Shown in pieces: positions 18,809 to 27,908 of a stretch of 52,149 bases of DNA. The DNA is from Schleiferiaceae bacterium (GTDB lineage Bacteria > Bacteroidota > Bacteroidia > Flavobacteriales > Schleiferiaceae). The position numbers and the translations under genes are program-made. Location: assembly GCA_022426185.1 (NCBI GenBank), contig JAKMEB010000016.1, positions 1-52,149 on the forward strand, in the 5' to 3' direction. The notes beneath the pieces are model-generated. The model saw nothing but the letters and a program-made list of their open reading frames with translations, searched no databases and was not told where the DNA came from. The first letter of the stretch is position 1. Every line of letters begins with the position of its first letter.

Positions 18809-20065
18809 TTAAAAGTCTAAACTTCTAAGGAGTTGGGGTAGGAGTAAGTAGTTGAAATCGTCGATGAATTCTGACTGTGCGCTGCTTAGTGCCGTTTCCT
18901 TTGAACTGGAAATGGCTGTACCAACAATTGTAGTGCTGTTCCACAGCATGGTATTGTTTGCTGTGGATGAAAGTGAAAATTGACCTTCGATACGTACTTT
19001 ATGGCGTCCTGTTCCTGCAGATTCGGTATTCAGCTTAACATCGCATTCAAGCGATAACTGTGCAGTTGTACTTTCAGCCAAAGTGAAATCTTTCGATAAA
19101 CTTTTTTTAACAGCATTGATCCATTCGCTTGCACCTGTACTGCCAACAAATACTGTAGGCTTTTGGAATTTAACCACTATTGACTCTCCCCATTGACTTT
19201 TATTTTTAAGCCAATTTTTTGTTTCAATATGAGCCGATTGTATGCGATCCCAATTCCATTTAAGTTCAAGGGTAATTATATTTTCAAATCCTGTATGTAG
19301 GCATTGAATGGTATGCTCCTGAAGAATGAACTGTCCCGAGCTTGAGGAGAGAGATAGGGGGATTTGATCCCGTGATTGTTCCAACTGGCATTCCGCTTGA
19401 AACGTATTTGGCAGGCCTAAATAGGCCGATTCTTCGGGCATCCAATACACCGCGACTACAGTTTGTTCAAGAGCCCTTAAAGCTTCCGTTGCGCTTGCAT
19501 TTAATTTGGTTTTGTATCGAATGTCGCCGAACAGTTGGAAATCGTGAGCTTTGTCTAAAGCGTCAACAAGTGCGCTTAAGCGTACCGATGCGGAAAGTTG
19601 TGTATCAGAAGAGGCATCGATTTTACTAGTAATCCATTCCATGGCCTCTGCATCTTGAAGTGCTTTTTTGCGCAGAAAAGATTGCAGGTCGAGCCGGTAC
19701 AGATTGTAATAACGGTATTCATCTGAATAGGTCTCAACCAATTCGTAATCATCTAATCGCAATGATGAGGTAGCTGTAGTATTCGATTCAAATGCGCTAT
19801 TATAACCGCTTGCATCTTCTTTTTGCAACCACTTCGATTCGTCGTAAATCTCGCTCTGAACCTCTTGCGCTAGATCTGCGAGCGCATTAGAACGTGCGGC
19901 TTGTTGATACGGAACGTTGGGATTAATAAAACTATTTCCTAACCCATATACGTATACGCCGCTTGGATCAATAGGTTTGCCCGTAATCCAGGCAGGCGCA
20001 GCATTTTTCTTTATGCCACAACCCCAAAGTAAGAGTGTGGTACAGAGGACAAATAGAGTTCTCAT
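18809..20065 (-). CDS. Lipoprotein with an N-terminal LPP20-like domain and about 300 aa of unknown function
   Basis: Lipobox LLLWGC. GVYVYGLGNS...YQQAARSNALADLAQEVQSEI resembles the LPP20 lipoprotein domain. ATGA overlap with the upstream gene. Confidence 0.6.
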   Translation of the reverse strand: MRTLFVLCTTLLLWGCGIKKNAAPAWITGKPIDPSGVYVYGLGNSFINPNVPYQQAARSNALADLAQEVQSEIYDESKWLQKEDASGYNSAFESNTTATSSLRLDDYELVETYSDEYRYYNLYRLDLQSFLRKKALQDAEAMEWITSKIDASSDTQLSASVRLSALVDALDKAHDFQLFGDIRYKTKLNASATEALRALEQTVVAVYWMPEESAYLGLPNTFQAECQLEQSRDQIPLSLSSSSGQFILQEHTIQCLHTGFENIITLELKWNWDRIQSAHIETKNWLKNKSQWGESIVVKFQKPTVFVGSTGASEWINAVKKSLSKDFTLAESTTAQLSLECDVKLNTESAGTGRHKVRIEGQFSLSSTANNTMLWNSTTIVGTAISSSKETALSSAQSEFIDDFNYLLLPQLLRSLDF

Positions 20066-21438
20066 TCGCGTATTAACTTTTGCGACAGCACATAATCTGC
20101 GGCTTTTTTCGCGAGTATGCCAACCGCATCTTTACGCATAGATGAGGTACTCTTTACGCGTTTATTTCCTTTGCGTAATCTATTTAATCGACCGCTGTCA
20201 TTTGAACGCCTATCGCTACCATGCGCTTTGTATTGGTAACGCCAGCTTCCTGAATACAGATCTCCAGATCCTGAATATTGTATGTAAGCGACTTCATCAG
20301 CAAAATCTTGGTGGTAAGACTCCATCCATAAAATTTTCGAAGTTGACCGTTCCACTAAAGCGACCTGCATATCATAAGCCGCCTCGTTTCGTTTGTGGAA
20401 CTCTGTGTAGGTTACCTTTTTATATTTGGCTTTCTTCACATCTTCACCTTCCTCATTCTTCTCTGTTACATAATATTTCTCCCAACCTTTTTTGGTCTCT
20501 TGAAACAACCGCCCCTCGTCTTCTTGCGCGTGAGTGATAATGACTTTTAAATAGCCATCTGCAGCCAACAGTTCTTGAGTGATTGCAGCTTCGTTGGTCG
20601 TGCCATTAATAATGGCCTCTTGTTCTTGTTGTAATAAGTCGAAATTGGTTCGGTCGAGCAGCTCTAGAAAAGGGTCTTTCTGACGTTGAATAAGTGAAAT
20701 AACAGCGCTTTGTAAAGCGGCGGACATGGTGGCTTCACTCCCGGTAATGTTAGGATCGGAAATAATACCTAACCGGTATTTTCCGCGCTCAATAGCCTGT
20801 TCTTCTAATTTTCGAAGGAGATTTTGCTTGGGATACTTTTTCAAAATCGGTTGAAGCATTTCGTGTACGTTACGATATTCACCGTTTTCTAAAAGCTCAA
20901 GCGCTGAAACGTAGATGGGTTCCACTTCTGCAAATTCAAGAAGTGCTTTCACATCCTTATAATTCGGGTCCAATTGTTTGATTTCAATCAGATTTTGCTG
21001 CGCTAGATCGTACTGTCGTGTACGAATCCACTTATTTGCACGTTCATATTTCTGAGCCAAGAAACGGTCCAATTGGTCCCGGTAATCCTGATCGTAAAAA
21101 CCCTCATAACGGCTGGTGTTGATGTAGTTAAGTAAGTAGTTACGCCATTTTTCCGCATCACGGAACTTGTATATGGAGGCACTGTCATTCCCATCGGCGA
21201 ATCGATAATTCGTATACAACTCCTCCAAAAGCGCGCTGCCCGCTTCTTCCATAGCAATGCGGTACTTGACCTTGTTGGGTTTTCGATCAATGGCTTTTTT
21301 ATATGCCGTGACGCTCTCCTTAAGCATACTGGCTTGGGCATATTTCTTGCCAGTTTTATAATGGTATTTCGCACCATGGCATGCGCTCAGTAGTAGCGCT
21401 GTGCCGAGGATTAAACCGAGTTTAGATAATTTCTTCAT
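20062..21438 (-). CDS. Lipoprotein with an N-terminal TPR-like helical region and a C-terminal CsgG/LpoB-like domain
   Basis: Lipobox LLLSAC. Helical repeats span aa 25-215. From aa 219, KYRLGIISDPNITGSE...ALQSAVISLIQRQKDPFLELLDRTNFDLLQQEQE follows the CsgG/LpoB-type pattern (buried strand, N-x-T/S-G, helix, ...ER..ld.ll.Eq). Confidence 0.55.
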   Translation of the reverse strand: MKKLSKLGLILGTALLLSACHGAKYHYKTGKKYAQASMLKESVTAYKKAIDRKPNKVKYRIAMEEAGSALLEELYTNYRFADGNDSASIYKFRDAEKWRNYLLNYINTSRYEGFYDQDYRDQLDRFLAQKYERANKWIRTRQYDLAQQNLIEIKQLDPNYKDVKALLEFAEVEPIYVSALELLENGEYRNVHEMLQPILKKYPKQNLLRKLEEQAIERGKYRLGIISDPNITGSEATMSAALQSAVISLIQRQKDPFLELLDRTNFDLLQQEQEAIINGTTNEAAITQELLAADGYLKVIITHAQEDEGRLFQETKKGWEKYYVTEKNEEGEDVKKAKYKKVTYTEFHKRNEAAYDMQVALVERSTSKILWMESYHQDFADEVAYIQYSGSGDLYSGSWRYQYKAHGSDRRSNDSGRLNRLRKGNKRVKSTSSMRKDAVGILAKKAADYVLSQKLIRE

Positions 21439-21503
21439 CGCGTTGTATAAAACAAAAGCCGTGCCTTTGGGCTTAAAGGTAGGTCACTCCTTATTTTTAT
21501 CCT

Positions 21504-22271
21504 ATGAATGAACCATTGATTCTTCTTTCACCCTCGAAAGGGATGCGCAGTATGCTTGAAGTGCGGTCGCACGGATCAAGTGCTTGTCTTTTTCCTGAAA
21601 CCACCTCAAAGGTAGTCGCAGCAATACAACAGATGGAAGCCGGGCATGCCAATAAGTTATTCAAGGTAAGTGATTCGCTCTGGACGGAAGTTGCCAAGAT
21701 GTGGAGTAAAGACCTCGACCATTACATTAGGCCTGAGAATGGACTAAACGGTTTAACCGCATATACTGGCGAAGCTTTTAAGTACCTGAATGCCGGCCAA
21801 TTGACAGAGGAAGCTGCACTAAAAGCGAATCGATCATTATTTGTAATGAGCGCATTATATGGAGTTGTTTCTGCGACTATGTGCATTGCTCCCTACCGTT
21901 TAGAAATGCAATCCCGTTTGGCAGTAGTAGAACATAAAAATCTGTACAGCTTGTGGCGTCCCATATTGACACAATGGGTAAATACGGCGGATGCTGCTTT
22001 TGTTATTGACGCTTGTAGTGGAGAATACAGTAAGGCAATTGACTGGAAGAACGTGAAACAACCGTACGTTCAAGTCGATTTTAAGCAATTGAAGAACGGT
22101 CAATTGAAATCGATTTCAGCCTTTAGTAAGCAAGCGAGAGGTGCGTTTGTGCGTTGGTGTCTCGAAAACAATATTAAAGAAATGAAGTCGTTAACATCCT
22201 TTAGTGAATTGGGGTACCGTATGCATACGTTTGACGATAATAAATTGGTATTTTTGAGGGATTCACAATGA
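21504..22271 (+). CDS. yaaA: YaaA-family peroxide stress protein (DUF328/UPF0246)
   Basis: N-terminal ILLSPSKGM motif, about 255 aa, and YTGEAFKYLNA, typical of YaaA. Confidence 0.85.
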   Translation: MNEPLILLSPSKGMRSMLEVRSHGSSACLFPETTSKVVAAIQQMEAGHANKLFKVSDSLWTEVAKMWSKDLDHYIRPENGLNGLTAYTGEAFKYLNAGQLTEEAALKANRSLFVMSALYGVVSATMCIAPYRLEMQSRLAVVEHKNLYSLWRPILTQWVNTADAAFVIDACSGEYSKAIDWKNVKQPYVQVDFKQLKNGQLKSISAFSKQARGAFVRWCLENNIKEMKSLTSFSELGYRMHTFDDNKLVFLRDSQ

Positions 22272-22972
22272 TTATGAAGAATATAAAATACATCGCCTTT
22301 GTGGCGGCAATGGTCGGAACGACTTTTAGTATAAGTGCACAGCGTACAACTGCTTTTTTAGAATTGGGTGGTTATGCAATGACACAGAATTACCTTGGTG
22401 ATGTCAATGGTGGGAGTCTTGGTGCATTGACTCAGGAGGCCCGTTTTGGATTGGGTACGCAATTGAAGTACAACTTCAACAGTTTATTGAGTTTAGGTGC
22501 GGATGTAAACTACGGTAGTATTTACAGTCACGATAATCTTCACGGAAACGCAACTCGTGATTATCAGGTTGATACGGACCTTTTAAATGTGAATGTGTTC
22601 ACGAATGTGCATTTCATCCCATTTGGAAAATACAATCAACGCAACCATCATACCCCGTTTATTCACGTAGGAGTGGGTGCTTTGACCTACCAACCCCATT
22701 TGAATACCAATGCGCAGTATCCCGAGGAAATTGCGTTGTACCCTGGAACCGGCCACACCTATACCTATGCTGTTGGATTTGGTTGGAGAATTCGCAGATC
22801 ACTTAAAAGTTTTTACAACTTAGGTATCTATTACAATGGATTTGGCGTTTCTAACGTAGAAGGTTTTAACTACACCACAGAATATTTAGATGCGAATCCG
22901 GCAGAGCGTAATGCAATGGATGGAAGTGTTACGTTTAAGTTCGGAATGAGTTTAGGTTTCTTCGAGCAATAA
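22268..22972 (+). CDS. Outer-membrane beta-barrel protein (small porin-like, uncharacterised family)
   Basis: Signal peptide ending SISAQ, alternating aromatic/hydrophobic beta-strand pattern and a C-terminal ...FKFGMSLGFF. ATGA overlap with yaaA. Confidence 0.55.
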   Translation: MIMKNIKYIAFVAAMVGTTFSISAQRTTAFLELGGYAMTQNYLGDVNGGSLGALTQEARFGLGTQLKYNFNSLLSLGADVNYGSIYSHDNLHGNATRDYQVDTDLLNVNVFTNVHFIPFGKYNQRNHHTPFIHVGVGALTYQPHLNTNAQYPEEIALYPGTGHTYTYAVGFGWRIRRSLKSFYNLGIYYNGFGVSNVEGFNYTTEYLDANPAERNAMDGSVTFKFGMSLGFFEQ

Positions 22973-23000
22973 GTTCGGCACAGCCTTTGAACCATATATA

Positions 23001-23028
23001 GGGCCCTCCAAAAGAGTGGCCCTTTTTT
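23001..23028 (+). terminator. Rho-independent terminator after the beta-barrel gene
   Basis: GGGCCCTC-caaaa-GAGtGGCCC (stem with one bulge) followed by T6. Confidence 0.65.
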
Positions 23029-23082
23029 GACCTTAAGTGACAGCATGACGCGGAATTTGAGGCAAACCCTTAATTGATTTGG

Positions 23083-25539
23083 ATGAATATGGACACATTG
23101 TCACTTAGCGATATAATCAGCGAAAGCACGGAATTTATTCCTTTAATGACCTCTGATGAGGAGGTTGAAATTCATGACGACCAACTTCCGGAATTACTCC
23201 CCATTCTACCGTTGCGTAATACGGTGATTTTCCCCGGTGTGGTGGCTCCTATTACTGCGGGTCGTGATAAGAGTCTTCGATTAATCAAAAGCATTAAAGA
23301 AGATCAGAAATTCGTTGGGATGATAGCGCAACGAGACAGCTCAACAGAAGATCCTGGTCAAGCGGAGGTGTTCCCAACTGGAACATTGGCGCAGATTGTT
23401 AAGAGCTTTAAAATGCCGGATGGTAATACCACGATCATCATACAGGGTAAGAAGCGATTTAGAATCTTAGAGTGGGTGGAGACCGAGCCTTTCAATACGG
23501 CTAAGGTTGAATTCCTTCCTGAATTTATTCCTGCAGAGGATGATGCAGAATTCACTGTGCTTATGGAGTCCATAAAGGACATCGCAGCCAAATTGATTCA
23601 AGAGAGCCCGCACATTCCAAGTGAAGCGCAGGCAGCTTTAGACAATATAAAGAGCAATACGTTCCTACTCAACTTCATTGCATCAAACAGCAGCATGAGC
23701 CTCGAAAAAAAGCAAGAGGTTCTGGAGCTAGATTCGTTAAAGGAGCGTGCATTAAAGGTATTGGAAGGCTTGAATCTCGAGTTAAAAATGCTTGAAGTGA
23801 AGAATGAAATTCACGATAAAGTAAAACACGAATTCGATCAGCAGCAACGCGAATATTTCTTGCACCAGCAGATGAAAACCATCCAAGAAGAATTGGGAGG
23901 TAATAGCAGTGAAGGTGATATTGAAGAAATGCGCCAGAAGTCAAAAGGCAAAACTTGGGACGATAAGACGGCTGAACACTTTGAGAAAGAGTTGCGCAAG
24001 CTGCAGCGACTGAACCCTCAGATGCCTGAATTTGCAATACAGCGGAATTATTTAGAATTCATGTTGGATTTACCTTTTGAAAGCAAAGGGGGGGGCACTA
24101 TTAATCTTAAATCGGCTCAAAAAGCACTAGACAACGACCATTATGGTCTCGAAAAAGTTAAAGAACGCATTTTAGAACACCTCGCAGTGCTCAAACTCAA
24201 GGGTGATATGAAAAGCCCAATATTGTGTTTAGCAGGCCCTCCAGGGGTAGGAAAAACCTCATTAGGTAAGTCGGTCGCTGAAGCACTGGGACGTCCTTAT
24301 GTACGTATGTCTTTAGGTGGACTGCGGGATGAAGCTGAAATTCGTGGACACCGTAAAACCTACATAGGTGCTATGCCAGGGCGCGTATTACAGAATATGA
24401 AGAAGGCCGGTTCAAACGATCCAGTATTTATACTGGACGAGATTGATAAATTAAGTTATGGGGTGGGTGGAGACCCCTCTTCTTCTATGCTTGAGGTTTT
24501 AGATCCGGAGCAAAACAACAGTTTCTACGACAACTATCTGGAAATGGGATACGACCTGAGTAAGGTCTTTTTTATAGCCACAGCGAACAACCTTGGTGCC
24601 ATTCAACCGGCCTTATTAGACCGTATGGAAATCATCGACGTATCGGGCTATACTTCTGAGGAAAAAGTTGAGATTGCAAAACGTCATTTGGTACCAAAGC
24701 AGCTCGAAAATCATGGACTAACAAAGGACCAATTCAGTATAGGAAAGCCAGAACTTAAGGCGGTAGTAGAGGGCTATACTCGCGAAAGTGGAGTCCGTTC
24801 TTTGGATAAAAAAGTAGCGAAACTTATTCGTCATTCCGCTAAGGACATCGCCATGGGTGATGCGGAAGTTGTGAAGATTGAAAAAGATGCTATAGGCACT
24901 ATTCTTGGCCCTTCAAGAGAACGCGATAGTTACGAAGGCAACCACCATGCTGGGGTAGTCACCGGATTAGCTTGGACGCCCGTGGGTGGCGATATCTTAT
25001 TCATTGAAAGTTCCATAAGCCGTGGTAGTGGAAAAGTGATAGTTACAGGGAATCTAGGCGACGTAATGAAAGAGAGTGCAACCATTGCATTGGCTTATCT
25101 GAAGAGCAATGCGGAGGCATTGGGTATTGATCCTAAACTCTTTACTTCCTACGACATTAATATTCACGTACCCCAAGGTGCAATTCCTAAAGACGGTCCA
25201 TCGGCTGGGATTACAATACTGACCGCACTGACGAGTTTATTCACTCAAAAACGTGTGGTAGCGAAACTTGCTATGACCGGAGAAATAACGCTCCGTGGCA
25301 AAGTATTGCCTGTCGGTGGAATAAAAGAAAAAATCTTAGCGGCAAAACGCGCGAAAATCACATCGATTGTGCTCTGCGATAAGAACAGAAAAGATATTGA
25401 AGAGATTGAAGCACATTATTTAAAGGGTATGAGCTTTCATTACGTTGGTGAAATGCGTGAAGTTTTGGATTTAGCTATCTTAGACCAAAAGGTGAAAAAC
25501 GCCAAGAAGTTGGTTCCCGTCGAAGTCAAAAAATCTTGA
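23083..25539 (+). CDS. lon: ATP-dependent Lon protease (endopeptidase La)
   Basis: LON N-domain (LPLRNTVIFPGVV), AAA+ Walker A GPPGVGKTS and protease Ser motif PKDGPSAG. I used the first ATG at 23083. The ORF track begins at a TTG at 23074. Confidence 0.96.
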   Translation: MNMDTLSLSDIISESTEFIPLMTSDEEVEIHDDQLPELLPILPLRNTVIFPGVVAPITAGRDKSLRLIKSIKEDQKFVGMIAQRDSSTEDPGQAEVFPTGTLAQIVKSFKMPDGNTTIIIQGKKRFRILEWVETEPFNTAKVEFLPEFIPAEDDAEFTVLMESIKDIAAKLIQESPHIPSEAQAALDNIKSNTFLLNFIASNSSMSLEKKQEVLELDSLKERALKVLEGLNLELKMLEVKNEIHDKVKHEFDQQQREYFLHQQMKTIQEELGGNSSEGDIEEMRQKSKGKTWDDKTAEHFEKELRKLQRLNPQMPEFAIQRNYLEFMLDLPFESKGGGTINLKSAQKALDNDHYGLEKVKERILEHLAVLKLKGDMKSPILCLAGPPGVGKTSLGKSVAEALGRPYVRMSLGGLRDEAEIRGHRKTYIGAMPGRVLQNMKKAGSNDPVFILDEIDKLSYGVGGDPSSSMLEVLDPEQNNSFYDNYLEMGYDLSKVFFIATANNLGAIQPALLDRMEIIDVSGYTSEEKVEIAKRHLVPKQLENHGLTKDQFSIGKPELKAVVEGYTRESGVRSLDKKVAKLIRHSAKDIAMGDAEVVKIEKDAIGTILGPSRERDSYEGNHHAGVVTGLAWTPVGGDILFIESSISRGSGKVIVTGNLGDVMKESATIALAYLKSNAEALGIDPKLFTSYDINIHVPQGAIPKDGPSAGITILTALTSLFTQKRVVAKLAMTGEITLRGKVLPVGGIKEKILAAKRAKITSIVLCDKNRKDIEEIEAHYLKGMSFHYVGEMREVLDLAILDQKVKNAKKLVPVEVKKS

Positions 25540-26537
25540 TTAGAGCGCTCATCATAACATTGCTTTGGAGCTCGCTAGCCATTGCGCAAAGCGGTGGTTC
25601 TGGTGTGTTTTCTTTTCTCGACAGGAGTGTTTTTGCAGGTAGTTCTGCCTTGGGAAACACGTCCTACATCAACCCAGGTCCTGTTGGGGCCTTTGCGGTT
25701 CAAAACCCACTGTTGCTTAATGACAGCACGTTGTTTCAATTAGAAATGAGTGCAGGGTCCCTAGGAGAGGGCATTCAATTAGTTCAAGGAAGCTACAGTT
25801 TTAAAATAAAAGGCCAACCGTTTATAGCCGCAGCCCAAACCATTCAATATGGAGAATTCACCTCCACTGATGTGTGGGGCAATAACTTAGGTGTTTTCTA
25901 TGCAGGAGATATTGCATTGTCCTTAGGTACGCCGCTTGCTGAATGGCGAAACTGGCGTTTCGGAATGACGGGTAAACTCGTGAATGGAACGTATGAAAGT
26001 TACCAGAGCTGGGCTGTTGCTATGGATATTCAGGCCATGACTCGTCTGAAAAATGGTTTAGATGTGGCACTCTTGTTAAAGAATACCGGAAGGCAGTTAA
26101 CCACTTTTGCGGGCACTCGAGAGGCGCTTCCAGTCAATCTTTTAGTGGCTTTTGGTCAAAAATTAGAGCATGCACCTTTCCGTTGGGCCATAGTGGTAGA
26201 CCAGCTCAATCGCCCCAATCTTGGCTATGACGACCCCAATCTGGTTACGGTGGATCCAGTGACAGGCCAGACCACTCAAGGTGCGCAAAACTTATTGAAT
26301 TTAGGTCTGCGCCACTTAAACGGTTCTTTAGAGTTTACGCCTACCCAGCGCTTACACATTATGACAGGATACAGCTTTCGCCGTCAATTTGAAATGGCGT
26401 TGGCGGACCGCAGAACCAGTGGTGGTTTTACGCTAGGTGCTTCGGTTTATTTTTCTAAGTTTCAACTGCACTTTTCTAATGAGCTGCGCAGTGTAGCTGG
26501 GCGTATGAATACCCTATCTTTGAACCTGAATTTATAA
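25536..26537 (+). CDS. porQ: T9SS PorQ-like outer-membrane beta-barrel protein
   Basis: Signal peptide, then QSGGSGVFSFLDRSVFAGSSALG, which resembles the PorQ N-terminal pattern. About 330 aa with a beta-barrel pattern ending LSLNLNL. The cmk neighbour is, as far as I recall, a common PorQ context. TTG start overlapping the lon stop (TTGA). Confidence 0.6.
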   Translation: MIRALIITLLWSSLAIAQSGGSGVFSFLDRSVFAGSSALGNTSYINPGPVGAFAVQNPLLLNDSTLFQLEMSAGSLGEGIQLVQGSYSFKIKGQPFIAAAQTIQYGEFTSTDVWGNNLGVFYAGDIALSLGTPLAEWRNWRFGMTGKLVNGTYESYQSWAVAMDIQAMTRLKNGLDVALLLKNTGRQLTTFAGTREALPVNLLVAFGQKLEHAPFRWAIVVDQLNRPNLGYDDPNLVTVDPVTGQTTQGAQNLLNLGLRHLNGSLEFTPTQRLHIMTGYSFRRQFEMALADRRTSGGFTLGASVYFSKFQLHFSNELRSVAGRMNTLSLNLNL

Positions 26538-26547
26538 GTATTTGTAA

Positions 26548-27237
26548 ATGACCAAGCCGCTCACTATTGCCATCGATGGACACAGCTCGACTGGAAAAAG
26601 TACGCTCGCAAAGGCGCTTGCTAAATCCATGGGTTACATCTATGTAGATTCTGGTGCGATGTATCGTGCAGTAGCATTATATGCGTTGCGTAAAGGATGG
26701 GTTAGTAAGGAACACGGTTGTGATGCTGATGCAATAGAAACAAGTTTGGATGAAGTCCAAATTACCTTTGAATTGGACACAGCTGGAGTCAATGCGACCT
26801 TTTTGAATGGACAGCGTGTTGAAGAGGAAATTCGAGAAATGGCAGTAAGTCATGTCGTTTCCCATGTGGCGAAACTATCTCACGTACGGCGACATCTTGT
26901 AGCGTTACAGCAAACTATGGGACAAAATGGTGGCGTAGTTATGGACGGTCGCGATATTGGAACCGTAGTTTTTCCAAACGCAGAGCTAAAGATTTTTATG
27001 ACCGCATCGGATGATGTTCGGGCTGCACGTCGTAAAGCTGAATTGGATTTCAAAGGACAAGATGTTTCATTTGAAGAGGTGCTTGAAAACCTAAAATCAC
27101 GCGATAAAGCGGATATGGAACGTTCCGATTCTCCGCTCATTGCCGCTGAGGATGCACGTACTTTAGACAACAGTTCAATGAATCGTGAGGATCAATTTGA
27201 ATTGGTCCTGGATTGGACTAAAAGCTTTCTCGTTTAG
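26548..27237 (+). CDS. cmk: Cytidylate kinase
   Basis: IAIDGHSSTGKST P-loop, YVDSGAMYR and MDGRDIGTVVFP motifs. Confidence 0.95.
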   Translation: MTKPLTIAIDGHSSTGKSTLAKALAKSMGYIYVDSGAMYRAVALYALRKGWVSKEHGCDADAIETSLDEVQITFELDTAGVNATFLNGQRVEEEIREMAVSHVVSHVAKLSHVRRHLVALQQTMGQNGGVVMDGRDIGTVVFPNAELKIFMTASDDVRAARRKAELDFKGQDVSFEEVLENLKSRDKADMERSDSPLIAAEDARTLDNSSMNREDQFELVLDWTKSFLV

Positions 27238-27251
27238 GCTTGCTATGAGGC

Positions 27252-27908
27252 CTAAGGGCGTTTTGCCAATTCTGTAATTCCTCCTTTAACTACTTGACCT
27301 TCCTTCACTAAGATCTTACTGTCTAAAGGTAGAAACAGATCTACGCGTGAGCCAAATTTAATAAAGCCGTATTCGGAACCTTGAAGCGCTAAATCTCCCG
27401 GCTTTGAATACATTACAATGCGTCTCGCAACTGCTCCAGCGATTTGACGAAACAAAACCTTACCCCAACGGTCGTTCTCTAAGGTGACGGTCGTACGTTC
27501 GTTCAATGTTGAGCTCTTTGGGTGCCATGCAACGAGGAATTTACCCTGATGATGAATGGCATCAACTACTTTACCGCCTAATGGGTACCTGTTGACGTGC
27601 ACATTGAAGGGCGACATAAAAATAGATACTTGTATGCGCTTATCCTTTAAAATCTCGTCTTCGAAGACTTCTTCAATAGTGACAACTTTTCCGTCTGCCG
27701 GACAGATGATGGCATCCGGATTCAATGTAACCGTACGCTTAGGATTACGGAAAAATTGAAGCACAACAGCATAGAGTACTACACTGATGGCAAGTGTTGC
27801 GATGTGAAGCCATTGCAAATCGGTCAAATATTGAACGAGCGCATTCATTATAAATAGTGCGACGAATGAAACGGTAAGCGTTCCTTTTCCTTCTTTATGG
27901 ATGGTCAT
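27252..27908 (-). CDS. psd: Phosphatidylserine decarboxylase proenzyme (short Bacteroidota/archaeal type)
   Basis: FGSRVD self-cleavage motif (FIKFGSRVDLFLP), N-terminal TM helices, 218 aa. Confidence 0.9.
   Translation of the reverse strand: MTIHKEGKGTLTVSFVALFIMNALVQYLTDLQWLHIATLAISVVLYAVVLQFFRNPKRTVTLNPDAIICPADGKVVTIEEVFEDEILKDKRIQVSIFMSPFNVHVNRYPLGGKVVDAIHHQGKFLVAWHPKSSTLNERTTVTLENDRWGKVLFRQIAGAVARRIVMYSKPGDLALQGSEYGFIKFGSRVDLFLPLDSKILVKEGQVVKGGITELAKRP

Noticed and set aside
22976-22990. Sigma-54-like match cGGCACa-gcct-TTGa just after the stop of the beta-barrel gene.
   Set aside because: It lies between a stop codon and that gene's terminator (23001-23028), so any transcript from it would be terminated at once. 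I take it as a chance match and as a warning about the other sigma-54-like hits.
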